Assembly (NCBI GenBank): GCA_951406725.2 | Contig: OX597820.1 | Coordinates: 107,260,001 to 107,324,000 of the forward strand | Direction of reading: 5' to 3' | Length of the DNA: 64,000 bases | Origin: Octopus vulgaris | Lineage: Eukaryota | Shown here: piece after piece, positions 26,251 through 39,766 of the stretch | Layout of the letters: each line of letters opens with the position of its first letter | Numbering within the stretch: the stretch's first letter is position 1 | Notes under the pieces: model-generated | Databases searched by the model: none | What the model saw: the letters and a program-made list of their open reading frames with translations, nothing else | Told to the model about the DNA's origin: nothing | Position numbers and translations under genes: made by a program

Positions 26251-28835
26251 GTAGAAAAAAAAAAACTATCCGGAGGTGAGTATAATTCCCTTGTGCCTCC
26301 ATAAGTTCTCCCACAAGTTGCTGAAAGTTATGCTTGCTTTGAAGATCCTTTGAAGAAGTTGACTATTCTAGAGTAAGAACTGCCGGCGAGGGCGAATCTG
26401 TCAATTTATTAGTAACAAAGAGAAAGTCCTTTAAAACAGTTTCTTTTAAAGTAGTGACTGAAGATGGCGAGAATTGTATAACTTTTCATCTGTAGAGCAA
26501 GAGGCGCTGCAATCAAAAATATCAGTCGATATTACCGAAAACAAAAACCTAAAGAATGTTGGGCGGAATTTGTCAGATGCTTCTCCGTCATACTATGCTC
26601 AGATCATCCTACCATCGTGGAAATGTCGCACCATAGTAATGAAACTGCAAGGATAATCAAACATATCTGCTGAAAATATTCGTAAGACTAATAAAGGTGT
26701 TGTAAACGCTACTGCTGGCATTTCCTAAAACTGTTGTGCTGCGATGATCCACAGCTTACAACTGACACGGAAGCCGCATTGACTATCTGGAAGCAAATTC
26801 CGTCCCAGTAGACGATTGAGGAAGAACAGCCGAAAGATTCCTCTATAATTTCTTTTTATTATTATGAAAGATAATGTAGTCTATGAAATCCTGGAAAATA
26901 TTCCTTTTATTTTACATGGGTTGAAAAAGATCAATCAGTAAGTTGTACTTGAGTGAACGCCCCTGCTGCTTCCTCCACTTTAGTGTGAATGACGTCGTAG
27001 AGGTGGTGGATCCACAACAGTTGGGAAAACTGCTAAATTCTGTCCTTTGTTTGATTCACTTATTACGTTAGCCACTCGTACTATCCCTCCTATAGCATTC
27101 TAAATTAAACACACACGTACACATATACAGACACCTACCCCCACACATATTGATTTGTCTGAAGAAACGTCTGCACATCGTGGAGACTCCAGGGTAACTG
27201 TACCGGCCTGAATAAACCGTGTGTGTGTGCGTGCGAAGCGAGTTGACAATTGTTATAGCTTCTAATTGAATGCTTTGCGGTGTTCCCTTTCGGTAACTCA
27301 ATACTTCAGGGCATTTTGTTCGCCATTTTCACCGATTCTGTCTTTAAATCCCCCTTATCGTTGAGACAACGTTTTATAATTCTGCCGTAATTTTCTTACT
27401 TTCGCTCCACTCCAAACTAACTGAAGAACTTTGAAAATATAAAACAACAAGATAAAAAAAAGACTTATGGACCAAATTATCTTTTAGAAGGGAGAAAAAT
27501 CAAAACTAAAATTAGGATATTTATCATTTTGTGATAATCAAAAGAATTGAGATTTTAAATTGTATTTTTCTTTTTATAAATGAAATGAATCGTTTCCATC
27601 AGGGAAAAAATAAATTGACTTAATCGACTAAACCGAGTTTATCTCTCTTGTTCAATGTCGTTCACGAAACACATTTTTTACGTTTCCACACCATTTTCCA
27701 CTTTCAACAAAGACTTCAGTTTTTTTCTTTTGCGAGTGATGCCTCTCTTTTCTTGAATTTTTCTTTTTTAACATTTCTCTACTTTTACACACACACCTTC
27801 GCGCATGCACACATTCAAACATACACATACCGTCATATACGCACACATATTCTTTGTCTCGCACACGTAAAGATTCACTTTCTCACACATTCTTTCTCTC
27901 TCAGATTTTATCCCCTCTCACTCTTACACATTCTCTCTCTCTTCCTTTCTTTCTGTCTCTATAAATAAAATATACGCATGTAGAAAATAAATTAAACAGA
28001 ACATTCAGCTTTTCATGCTATCATCAGAATATCTGTCCATGTGAGAGAGGGTGGGGTGAGAAAGAGAAATAGAGACAGTGAGCGGGGAAAGGAAAGGAAG
28101 AAAGAGAGAGAGTTAGAGAGAGAGAAAGCAAGAGTGGGGAAGTAGAAAAAGAGAGAAGAGGTTATCTGCAGTAGAAACAACTGAAAAATGTCTTTGTAAC
28201 GATAATACTGTGTGACGGATTCTCCGTTTTTTTTTTTAATTCGTTTCTTCGTATTGCTGAATCTCTCAGCAGGCCCTGATTTAATGGTTAAACATTAGCA
28301 AACTAAACAACACCTTCAACACAGCACCAGAGCTTGTGTTTTGATAACAAAAAGAAAACAAAAAAACAACAACAAAACCAAACACAAAAGATATCCTTTG
28401 ACATCCTTTCTTTAAAACGTTTTCTCTACGTCGATCGTAGTGTGTGTGTGTGTGTGTGTGGTGGGCTCTGTTTCTGTATGTGTGTGTATAGGAAGGTGGT
28501 GAGCTATCTAAGAAAAACATGAACCCAAACGGTACTATTTTGCTGCCAATTTGTGTAAGAGGCCATTTCCCCCTTTGTAAGTGTGATAATTCCCATTTTT
28601 ATTTTCTGCACAGGCGTGATACCCTTCTTTTTACATACATAAACAGAAACGGGAACATGATCAATGATTTCATCAACATCAAAAACGTGGCGTAGAGAGG
28701 TAGAACTTGCCCCGGGCTAAATGCTTTGAAGTATGAAAAAACTTTCTCACGCTAGAACTTACTTTAACTTCCATTCTTCCATGGGTGTAAGAACAAATTC
28801 TAAGAATGTTCTAGAAATCAATCCTTTCCACTGTA

Positions 28836-29049
28836 TGAGGTGGTACTGAAAAGTTCCTGACTTTGGGTAAAAGAAAATGCAGGAGGATTAGTTTATGATT
28901 TTATTCAACATATTCCCCTCTCAGATTCACACATTTACTGCAGCAGTCCTTCAGTTTTTCTAAGCCCTGTAAAAGAACTTGGGAGGTTGCGCCTCCAACC
29001 AGGCCTTTCGCAACACCCTTTAAACCCAGGAACTTTTCAGCACCCCTTC
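28836..29049 (-). mobile_element. short mariner deletion derivative
   Basis: TIRs tgaggtggtactgaaaagttcct / aggaacttttcagcaccccttc with TA on both flanks; retains the mariner C-terminus GLEKLKDCCSKCVNLRGEYVE*. Confidence 0.8.
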
Positions 29050-30055
29050 TACATTTCCTTATACCTTGTACCAAAATATGAGAAATGGATAGCTGCTTCA
29101 AATTGAGTAATTTATTCACTTCAATTTTCACTTCGAAGGTTGTGAGGAGGGATTTCTTTTGCATCGCAAAAGTGTCGATACAGAATAAAAACTAGTAATA
29201 CAGCGAAATCTGTAGATGGTGAAATGGCAAAGTCGTTGGAACCTTGGCTAAAATGCCTTGCAGTATTAATTCCGTCTTTATGTACTTGGATTTCAAATCC
29301 CACTAAAATTCCCTTTACATTTTGAGCTCACTAGAGCGACGATTGTCCAGGGCGATGAATTGGCAGAATTAGTAAAAATGTTGCATCTGTTCAAGTTCAT
29401 TTCGTTCTGAATTGAAATTCCACCAAGAGGTAGGTTCGAACCACATTGACACGCACGTTTAGTTATGCCGCATTCACAAAAGGTGTCGAAGCAAACCTGA
29501 CAGGCTGCAGCCCTGGTATCGCTTTACAATCGGACAAGCCTCTCCAATCATCTCAACACAGTTGTCCCTTTGAAAACCAAGCGCTGGTAAAATCGAACTT
29601 GAGGTTCTCTCCACACTAATCAAACTCACTAACCTATAGGTGTAAGAAATCTTGGAAACGTTCTCGTCAACGAGGGAACGCCATCGTAAACTGGGATCTA
29701 TTCGAACGACTCTACAAACCTTTTATTAACAAAAACAATTAACATTGCACCTGATCAAAAGAAATTAGCTTTAAACTGATACTTAGGTCATGCAAATAAA
29801 AGTTAGATGTATAAAAGGACGGGATATCTCAACAAAAGTCAAAATATTACCCGGTTTAATTCTCTTTTTTCATTAAATGGTAAATCGAATTGTGATAAAT
29901 GCATTAAGTTACCGATTTGTATCATAGAATCATTCTTCATTATCCATCATTTAATGTTGTACCGCTTATTAAATTTCAGCTCTGTGTTATTAATGTTATC
30001 TAACGAATACCAAACTTTCAGGTAAGTCTCGTGGTTTACACGCGCAGATCCAAAG

Positions 30056-30704
30056 CAGTAGCGGCTCGTAGATAAAATTAGTGGGGGTGCTGCTTCAGAA
30101 AATTTTTAGCCATTGTTTTTATATTGTGTAAAAGGAAACAAACATATAAGAAGAATATTTATACATAAACTTGATTGGTTCACATTTTAGCCACTGCCAG
30201 GTAGTGTGTTTAATTTGTTCACTGAACACCGCCGCGAATCGACTCTTGTTTTTCAAAAATCCCTCCTAAATCACAAAATAAGGGGAGAAAATCTCTATTT
30301 TTCAAATCCTGGCAGCAACACTAGCTGAAAGCAGGATAATGATCTAATTTTACACTTTATCACATTCAAGAATATAAACACGTTTTTAAGCACAACACAC
30401 TTTCAAAATGAAACTACCTTTCACTGGCACTGCGTGAACGACAGTGCTCTCTCTCCCTAGCGTGCAGCTTCCTATTTCGGACATGTGATTATGCGCACAA
30501 CAGCCAAACACTGCGTCGCTGGAACTGTATCTTTTTCATTAACTAGGGGATGGCTACTGACATTAAGCTTAAGGATTATATAATGTACAAGTATAAAGGA
30601 AGAATTAAAGAAAAAAGGACTCATTATATTGAATGTTATCGATAATATTGAGTGGAGATAGGGGGTGTTGCAGTTCCGCAGTGCCTATACACGAGCCGCT
30701 ACTG
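30056..30704. mobile_element. non-autonomous hAT-like element
   Basis: 14-bp TIR CAGTAGCGGCTCGT / ACGAGCCGCTACTG; 8-bp TSD atccaaag / atccagag (7 of 8 match). Confidence 0.85.
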
Positions 30705-31279
30705 ATCCAGAGAGAGAAATAGGACTGGTAAGCAGCCATGAAGGAAGGAGTTACCTGTAAACAAGCCCAGAACTGTTTATAAACTCAACGAAGCGAATCC
30801 TCTTGTTTTGAAACCATTATAATTTACCTTAATAAACCTCTTAAAGTTTTTCCGAGAGTCTTACATAACACAAAAATCGCAAAACACATTATCTTGTTAA
30901 CAGGAAACTAAAGACTGGCCTACAGCTGCACCACAAATATGAAAAAAAAAATTAATCTCACTGTTCTTCTATTAGCTTGGGATCGATAATTTCCCTACAT
31001 CTCTTTTCCAGATATCTAGCGTTGACTTTACTGAAGAGAATTAATGAGGAGATTCCTCTATAATAAGAGCACGCTCTCATCTCTCTTTTTAAAAACTGGG
31101 ATTATTACTCCGGATTTTCATTATTTTGGTGTCTCAGGTCTCTCAGGTCAAATTTGTGATGTTAGTTTTCACTCCACTGATGCCCCTCGTGTTCACCGTA
31201 TCTTATTATGACTGGAGAAAATCAAAGAATTCTCTCCACCTCTGAAGGATGTTTTTCCCTGTAGAGAAAAAAAATCACA

Positions 31280-31640
31280 GCCGAGTTTTTAATGGCTGGT
31301 GTGGAAAAGTGCTTCTTGTTATAAAGTTGGCAAATGGTCTGTCCTTTCATCATTTGACATTACACCGAACTGCTTTTGTCCACCGTATTGTACAGCCGAA
31401 GAAACTATCGAGCAAAACAATCTCCACTCCGTTTTCGACTTTGTCAGTATGTTTAAGAAGTTCTCTGAAATTTGAATGCAGTAGCCTTTCGCATATTTGT
31501 TACTAATCTCATCATCTGCCAAAGCTTCCCACTTTATCCTGTAAGTCGAACTGGGCTTACTAGTTTTGTGAGTTCTCCCTGCAGTAGATAGTTTCAGGTT
31601 GCAGACAACTAAGTGGTGAACAGTTGATAGAATCATAAAT
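31280..31640 (-). pseudogene. RTE-like LINE fragment (end of endonuclease)
   Basis: LSTVHHLVVCNLKL...YRIKWEALAD resembles the STDHHLVV end of RTE endonucleases. Confidence 0.5.
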
Positions 31641-33584
31641 ACATTGAGAAGAGATGTAGGCGATTGAATTGGCTTGGCAGTTGAGGGTTTTATTAAAATT
31701 CCATTGAGATTTAAACCGGGAATGTAAATATTACAAGTTACTTATGCCAATAAACTGTTCCGCATATTCCACCACTGGTCAAACACCTGGACCTTATTGT
31801 TGCAGGGAGTTGGGAAATAAATTGTAACAGCTGTATATGATACTGGTAGATGTTTAGATTGCGTTGGTCGTCGTTGAACCACCTAATACGACTCTCAGAA
31901 GGCTGTTATCTTGGATGAAGAATATACACAGGCAAGGTTGTAACACGTTTATTGTTGCTCCACGTATATACACAATGGAATGATAAATAAAACGGTTGGT
32001 GCATAAAGGCCATGGTCTCCTGTGTTCTGCTCCTCTCTGCTAGCTGGTGTGTGTTGAGAGAGACTAGATCACATCTCTGTTCGAGGTCCCAGCGCAGTAA
32101 GAGGAAGAGAGAGGTCAAGTGTCTGAAACTTAATGTTGTGTAACGCCCTCTATCTCTGTCAACTGTTAAGTGGGTAATGCGCCGACAGATGTAACGGATG
32201 CAGTGGTGATTAATATTGATAGCAGGGACAGTGAGATATGCACCAAAATGAAATGACAGAAGACAAAAATAAATTCTTAAAGATTTTGTTCATCCGTCAA
32301 AGTCGTCCTGTTAGAGACAGTACAGAGTTTATCGTAGTCGGCTGTCTTCCAGTGCTAAGAGAACGATGTTCGCACAACTGTTGGTAATGTTTCTGTCAGT
32401 AAAAAAAAAAAAAAGATATATGCTATGAAGTGATAGACGTGCGTCGTTGAAGGGCAAAAACAAACTGTCCGAAAATATTTGGAGTTGGTTCGAATTTATT
32501 ACACGCTCGAAAGCTGGATGCCAAGAACAAACGTAAAGCGCTCACAGAAACATTTAGGTTATGGTTTCGATTCTTGGTTAAGAATCAAGGAACTAACCAT
32601 ATCAAAACAAATAAATAGATAGATAAATTAATTAATTATAATTAATTAATTAATTAATTAATAAAAGGCAACAGAAGTCTAAGGTCAGCTGGTAACTCGA
32701 TCAATACGCAGCGACGTCTTTACTGTCATGTCAGAACAGATAGCAGGACCTCAATAATAACAGTGGAACATTGAAAGCAACAAATCACAGATATAGACGT
32801 AAAATTAAATTTTAGTATACAAAGTGTACAGTCCCAGGTAGAAATGATAACATTCGCAATTGTTAATTTATTGTTTCACTGTAAGTCAGTTCTGAGTGGA
32901 CAGATCAATAGTCAATGAAGTTTCGGAATTCATAGTTTTGTCTATTTTACGGTGGCGGTTCAGACACTGTAAATCTAAGATTACATTATCCAGTTTGTTC
33001 TTCTTTAAGATGGCAGGATCTGATTTGAGGAAGATTTGGCTGATATATCTAGCTGGCCGTGCGACCACATAGATGCTCTTTCTCTGGCTTATACAATATA
33101 TTTCTGAGTTTAAATACCACTGGAGTTGATTTTGCCTTTCATCCTTTCAGAATGGATAAAATAAGTACCAGTTGAGTACTGGAGTCGATGTAATCGATTT
33201 ACCTCTTCTCCGAAATTACTGGCCTCGTGCCAAAATTTGAACCCAATATATTATATGAGTAGGTAATGCGGCAACCTGACAGAATCGTTGGCTCGCCGAG
33301 CAAAATACATGGCGGCATTTCGTCCGTCTTCACTTTGAGTCCAAACGCCGCCGAGGTCGACTTCGCCTTTCATCCTTTCCAAGTCGATAAAATAAGTACA
33401 AGCTGAATACTGAGGTCGATGTAATCGACTACCTGTTCATCCGAAATTGCTAATCTTGTGCCGAAATTTGAACCGGGTTCAGTCCCACTGCGTGGCATCT
33501 TGGGCAAGTGTCTTCTACTATAGCCTCGGGTCGACCAGTGCCTTGTGAGTGGATTTGGTAGACGGAAACTGAAAGAAGCCGGTC

Positions 33585-33638
<54 letters not shown>

Positions 33639-34093
33639 TTGTCCCCCTAGCATTCCTTGACAACCGATGCTGGTGTGTTTATGTCCCCGTTACTTAGCGG
33701 TTCGGCAAAATAGACCGATAGAATAAGTACTGGGCTTACAAAGAATAAGTCCTGGGGTCGATTTGCTCGACTAAAGGCGGTGCTCCAGCATGGCCGCAGT
33801 CAAATGACTGAAACAAGTAAAAGAGTAAAGAGTAATATGTTATATCGTCGTCGTGGCACTTCGTCAGTTACGACGACGAGGGTTCCAGTTGACCTGATCA
33901 ACGGAACAGCCTGCTCGAGAAATTAGTGCAAGTGGCTGAGCACTCCTCAGATACGTGTACCCTTAACGTAATTCTCAGAGAGATTCAACGTGACACAGAG
34001 TGTGACATGGTTGGCCCTTTGAAATACAGATACAACAGAAACAGGAAGAAAGAGTGAGATAAAGTTGTGGTGAAAGAGTACAGGAGGGTTCAT

Positions 34094-34403
34094 GGATCTT
34101 TTCGGTTTGAACGGCAGTTTTTAAAAATAATTTACACGTAACTAAACACTTTTAAACTTCGTATACTGGTAGAATGTGCTCATAAAACATCTTTTTCTCT
34201 TGGCTTTATTGAGAAAATTCTATAGTTTGTAAGACATTTGTTGTTTTTTTTCTTCAATTACTGCAATTTCAACCAATCAGTGACGTCTATTGAGGTGAAA
34301 ACATTCTGTGCCGTATGAATATGTCCCTCGTTTAAGAAACAGATTGGGTTTATTTACATTTGTGAAGAAAAAAAAGATACCCTTCCCCCCACCCCTAACC
34401 CTA
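34094..34403 (+). mobile_element. truncated GGATC-ended element (short subtype) embedded in a SINE
   Basis: Matches 38525-38832, breaks off at cctaacccta and joins the tRNA head of the host SINE. Confidence 0.8.
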
Positions 34404-35438
34404 CAATACGACCGCGAGTCCGCTGGCCTAACCACTGGGCCATTGCACCTCCACAAAAGGAGCACTCCGTCGGTTACGACGACGAGGGTCCCAGCTGGTA
34501 CGATCAACGGAACAGCTTGCTCGTGAAATTAACGTGCAAGTAGATGAGCACACTACAGACACGCATACCATTAACGTAGTTCTCGGGGAGATTCAGCGTG
34601 ACACAGAGTGTGACAAAGCTGGCCCTTTGAAATACAGGTACTACTCATTTTTGCCAGCTGAGTGGAATGGAGTAACGTGAAATAAAGTGTCTTGCTCAAG
34701 GACACAACTCGTCGCCGGAAATTGAACTCATGACCTTACGATCGTGAGCCGAATGTCTTAACCACTAAACCACGCGTCGTCACAATATGTTATATGAGTA
34801 GATGGTGAAAAGGCGAAAACGGTAGCATGTTGGATTAAGTTCTCAATGTGTTTAGATGTTTCCTTTCTTGGGTTCATGTCTCGCTGGTATCTGCTTTGCT
34901 TTCCATCCTCCGAATTCGATAATATATGTAACAGATATGCTGAAATCCATTCAAGTAACTTCTGAAAGGACTTGAGTACATCAAATAAATATTCAACTTC
35001 GTCCTTTCACATTCCGAGTTCATTCCTCTCCCCGACCCCGCCAGAGGCAACTAAGCCTTTCATTTCTCCAGGGTCTTGATCATAAGTAATAGTAGTGGAG
35101 AGAGATACGAATATCAAAAAATCAATATTTTTAACTACTCTGGGAAACAGGTTGCTTTCAGACATCCCTAGAAAGGGTATGAGGCATGCTTACCAGCATC
35201 ACAAATACACATAATCACTTCTCCAACTTCTTCCCCCAACACTTGGCTCTCCGGGCCCCAGACCAATGAATCGGTTGAATCCTCATTCCTCTCATAAGCT
35301 GTGGGTATGAGTATTTCAGAGAAAGAATTATGTCCTCGGCAGGAGGAGCGTTTGTCTGGTCATCCGACCTGCAAAAATAGTAGCTAAATCTTCCTCAAAT
35401 AACATCTTTCTGCCTTGCGAATGGAAAGGACACATTGG

Positions 35439-35858
35439 GGATCTTTTCGGTTTGAACGGCAGTTTTTTCTAGCGGTGTCATATGAAATTGTCACTCATAA
35501 TTATGACCTTAGTATCGATCTATTGCATTTCAATCTGTTTTAGGGTTAGGGTTAGGGGTGGAGGGAAGGGTATCTTTTTTTCTTCACAAATGTAAATAAA
35601 TCCAATCTGTTTCTTCAACGAGGGACATATTCATACGGCACAGAATGTTTTTTTTACCTCAATGGACGTCATTGATTGGTTGAAATTACAGAAATTGAAG
35701 AAAAAAAAACAACAAATGTCTTACAAACTATAGAATTTTCTCAATAAAACCAAAAGAAAAAGATGTTTTATAAACACATTCTACCAGTATACGAAGTTAA
35801 AAATTTTTTAGTTACCTAGAAATTATATTAAAAACTGCCGTTCAAACCGAAAAGATCC
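35439..35858 (-). mobile_element. GGATC-ended MITE (short subtype) with 8-bp TSD CACATTGG
   Basis: TIR ggatcttttcggtttgaacggcagttttt; TSD at 35431-35438 and 35859-35866; internal ttagggttagggttagggg. Confidence 0.92.
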
Positions 35859-36309
35859 CACATTGGATGTATACTAGCAAGTCACGACAGTCATGGTCGG
35901 AAGAAATTTGATCAAAAGTCTGCTCAAATCGTCGGTTGGAGCTCATTTCATACGGTTTCGACTTCTAATCAGCCCTGAAAAAGTTACGATGGCTGTAATA
36001 GTGCAATCTCTTCTGTTAACATTCAGTTTAGGTGTTTAAAAAAAATAAAGTAAATTGATCGGAAGTGATTAGTGGCATCTGGTAATTTCATGTAAACAAT
36101 GGGTGTAACATAACTAACGCGTTGTGACTGTGAACCTCAGCTGTTTTTATCTGAAGATACTATACAAGAAGGTGCATATGGACTTGTAACGGGAATTAGT
36201 TGCTTCTTGCACTTTTGGGGTGCATTCACAATTTCCGTTCCTTAAATTTCCAGATTCTACCAGTCAAAGAACACAAACGCAACAGTAAAAATACGGTCTG
36301 CAACAATTT

Positions 36310-36540
36310 AGTATCGAGTGCCTTCTGCTGACTGCTACGTGTCTCTGGACGCTTTTTGGTTAAGGTTCACGCTCCCTCGCCTCCTGTCAGCTAAATGCCA
36401 CATCATCATTTCCTTCTTCCGGTCTTCGCGCATGCGCGAGAGGGCACTTACCCTCTGCCATTCCAGAAGGCTCCAACCCCGCACACGCGAACTGAAGATG
36501 ACGTTGCGCGCGCACTGTTGGATAGCGTCACTACAGACTC
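36310..36540. promoter_or_regulatory. CpG-rich promoter-like island
   Basis: Locally CpG-dense with GCGCATGCGC (NRF1-type), CTTCCGG (ETS-type) and TGACGT; minus-strand ATG GCA GAG G|GTAAGT at 36461-36446. Confidence 0.4.
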
Positions 36541-38524
36541 AACATAACGAAGGTGTTCTGTTAATGATATTAATGAATTTCACTAGTTCTCTATAAAATT
36601 ACGGGATGTCACTTTCAGCCAATGTCCTTTAATTCTAAACAACTGCATGTTTTCTCTCTTCTACCTTAAAATGCAGAACAAAATCTTTTATTGCTTGTGC
36701 GATAAACATACATAGAATTGTAATTCTGTCACGTCATGAACGGAGGACTGAGAAATTGTTTCAAACGACGCCCGAAATTATTTCACTTCTCCAGTAATGA
36801 CATCTCATTACTCCATTTACTTTTTTTCCTGTGGAAATAATGGTGTGTTGGTGGAGTCTTTTAGCGTCGACTTGTTCCGGCTCATTGTGTTCTGAGTTCA
36901 AATCCCACCGAGGTTAACTTTGCCTTTTATCCTTCCAAGATCGAGAAAAAGAATCTTAAGTACTTAATCATCTAACTTCGTCCACCAAATTTCCGGTGTT
37001 GTCAGAAATTGTTCTATAATATATATTTCAAAGGGGGAAAAAATTAGTTGTTGCTTATCTCCAGTCCATCCCTGATCGAACAAATCAAAAGTTTTGCAGA
37101 TGCGACATTCCCATTTTCTTACTGGTGATTTGTAAGAAATTCGGTTGCTATTTCTAACAGACTGGGCGACTAAGCAGAGGCTCCTATGCTGGCTCATTAT
37201 TTCATATGGTTGTGTGGTAGTCCCACGAGGCTACTTGCAACACAAACAGCCCCATTCTCGCCCATTTTTTTTACAGCTCCTTGCCATCATTAACAATAAC
37301 AAATTATGTAGGATCACAAGCGCAACTAATACAGCCGGTCGGTAGAATTGCAATAATGATATTTCAAGACAGTTTTCTTTTCACAAAGGAATTTATTTGT
37401 AACGTTAAAAAAAAAAAATGGCTTTCGCCTTGTTTACTTTAAACGTTACACTCATTATTTACGTGAAAATTTATAGGAAAAAAGTCTCAAAGGTTTTCCT
37501 TCAGAGATCTCACTGTAAAAAGGATTTACTTTGAATTATTCTATGAAAACATTAATAGCAAAACGTGCCAAGAGAGTAACCTCTACGTTGATGGAGCCCG
37601 AGCTGCTTAAAATAGCAGCCATATCTCCCTCAGATCATTCTCTACAATTTATCTTGAAAGAGGACATGTCGGATAGCGTAGCTCTAGAATCCTTGCATAT
37701 AGGGAAAAAGAGAATGGCCGTAGCTGGAATATCTTTAACCATAGGTCAACTCGAAATAATGTTGACCTGGGATTAAACAATAACAGTATACAAAAAAATC
37801 TAATTCTTTGTCGCCAATTGCAGGTTCGAATCCCGTCAAAGTATATATTCATTATGTATATTTACTGTGTTTTGTTGGCCCTTTCACCGCACAGCAATAT
37901 TACTAGTGGTTGATTTCTACACTGATGCACAGACTGCTTTGAACAACAGCCATATCTATTACAAATTAGACCTATCATAAAAGTGGAATAGACATGTTAT
38001 TAGAGGTCCTGGTTGCTTGCTGTGCCGAGGGTGAATGAAAATATATTTCTTGGCTGCGTGAAAAAATAACTTAAACGAACGTTTAATTGAAGTATCTACT
38101 GTCGCACATAAAGACAATCTGCGTTGGCCATTTACAGTTCATAACAGCAATAATTACAGACTGAGAGGAGAGAGATACTGCTCTGAGATTATAGAAAGCT
38201 ATCGATACAACATGCGGTCAGCTCAACATATCTGAAATCAACAGCTCTATCTTCGTGGCGACAGAGGTCCTTGGTTATCTGTCCGAGGCTGTCTGTGTTG
38301 ACCGTGTACGTGGCAACAATGGAGACACAGGTCACTTAACTGTCTCAACATTCTGCAGAGTTTGGCGCCAAAGCGGTCTTTTCAGAACGTTCGTGACGGA
38401 CCCTTGTTGAATTTTACTGGAATAACCCTTTTGATAATTCATTTTGGTGCATCACTGTCCCACGAAGTTTTAACTAAACTGCTATCAATACTAATGATCA
38501 CTGCATTGTTACATCAACCAATAA

Positions 38525-38934
38525 GGATCTTTTCGGTTTGAACGGCAGCTTTTAAAAATAATTTACACGTAACTAAACACTTTTAAACTTCGTATACTGG
38601 TAGAATGTGCTCATAAAACATCTTTTTCTCTTGGCTTTATTGAGAAAATTCTATAGTTTGTAAGATATTTGTTGTTTTTTCTCTTCAATTTCTGCAATTT
38701 CAACCAATCAATGGCGTCTATTGAGGTGAAAACATTTTGTGCCGTATGAATATGTCCCTCGTTTAAGAAACAGATTGGGTTTATTTACATTTCCGAAAAA
38801 AAAAGATACCCTTTCCCCCACCCCTAACCCTAAAACAGATTGAAATGCAATAGATCGATACTAGGGTCATAATTATAGGTGACGATTTCATATGACACCG
38901 CTAGAAAAAACTGCCGTTCAAACCGAAAAGATCC
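38525..38934 (+). mobile_element. GGATC-ended MITE (short subtype), no direct TSD
   Basis: Reverse complement of 35439-35858; left flank accaataa, right flank attgattt. Confidence 0.9.
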
Positions 38935-39084
38935 ATTGATTTAAAAACAAAAATTCATTCATTCTTTTTAATAAGAAATATTTGAAGAAATTTAATGAAA
39001 ATATTTAACAAAGTTGATAAAGTAAAAATTCAGTCATATTATATCGACAGTTGGAATATTTGTAACAGTTATATTGTTATTGGT

Positions 39085-39766
39085 GGATCTTTCCCTTTTG
39101 AACGGCAGTTTTCAACATAATTTCTAGTTAACTAAACACTTTTAAACTTCGTATACTGGTAGAATGTGTTAAAATAAAACATTTTTTTCTCTTGGCTTTC
39201 TTGTGAAAATTGTAATTTGTAAGTTTAACGTAGTTTAATTTTCCGAATTTTAACCAATCCTATGGCCTCTATTGAGCTAAAATCATTTGCTGCGTCTAAA
39301 ACTGAGACAACATCCTGCCACTAACCCTAAATTTTAGCCTTTCGTTTTTTTTTTTCTTAATTGTTAAATTAATTTAATTGTTACGCGTGTCTAAAATTAT
39401 TCGTTTTGCTTTTGTTTTGAGTTTTTGCTTTCGTTTTAGCCTTTCGCTTTTTTTTCTTAATTGTTATCCTTAAATTAATTTAACAATTAAGAAAAAAAAA
39501 AACGAAGGGCTAAAATTTAGGGTTAGGGTTTGTGACAGGATGTTGTCTGTTTTAGACGCAGCAAATGATTTTAGCTCAATAAAGGCCATAGGATTGGTTA
39601 AAATTCGAAAAATTAAACTACGTTAAACTTACAAATTACAATTTTCTCAAGAAAGCCAAGAGAAAAAAATGTTTTATTTTGACACATTCAACCAGTATAC
39701 GAAGTTTAAAAGTATTTAATTAACTAGAAATTGTGTTGAAAACTGCCGTTCAAAAGGAAAAGATCC
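39085..39766. mobile_element. GGATC-ended foldback (long subtype), no direct TSD
   Basis: Highly similar to 21230-22005; left flank ttattggt, right flank acaaaatg. Confidence 0.9.

Noticed and set aside
29807-30027. ORF ending at a strong plus-strand donor CAG|GTAAGT
   Set aside because: No recognisable homology or partner exon; such donors arise by chance.
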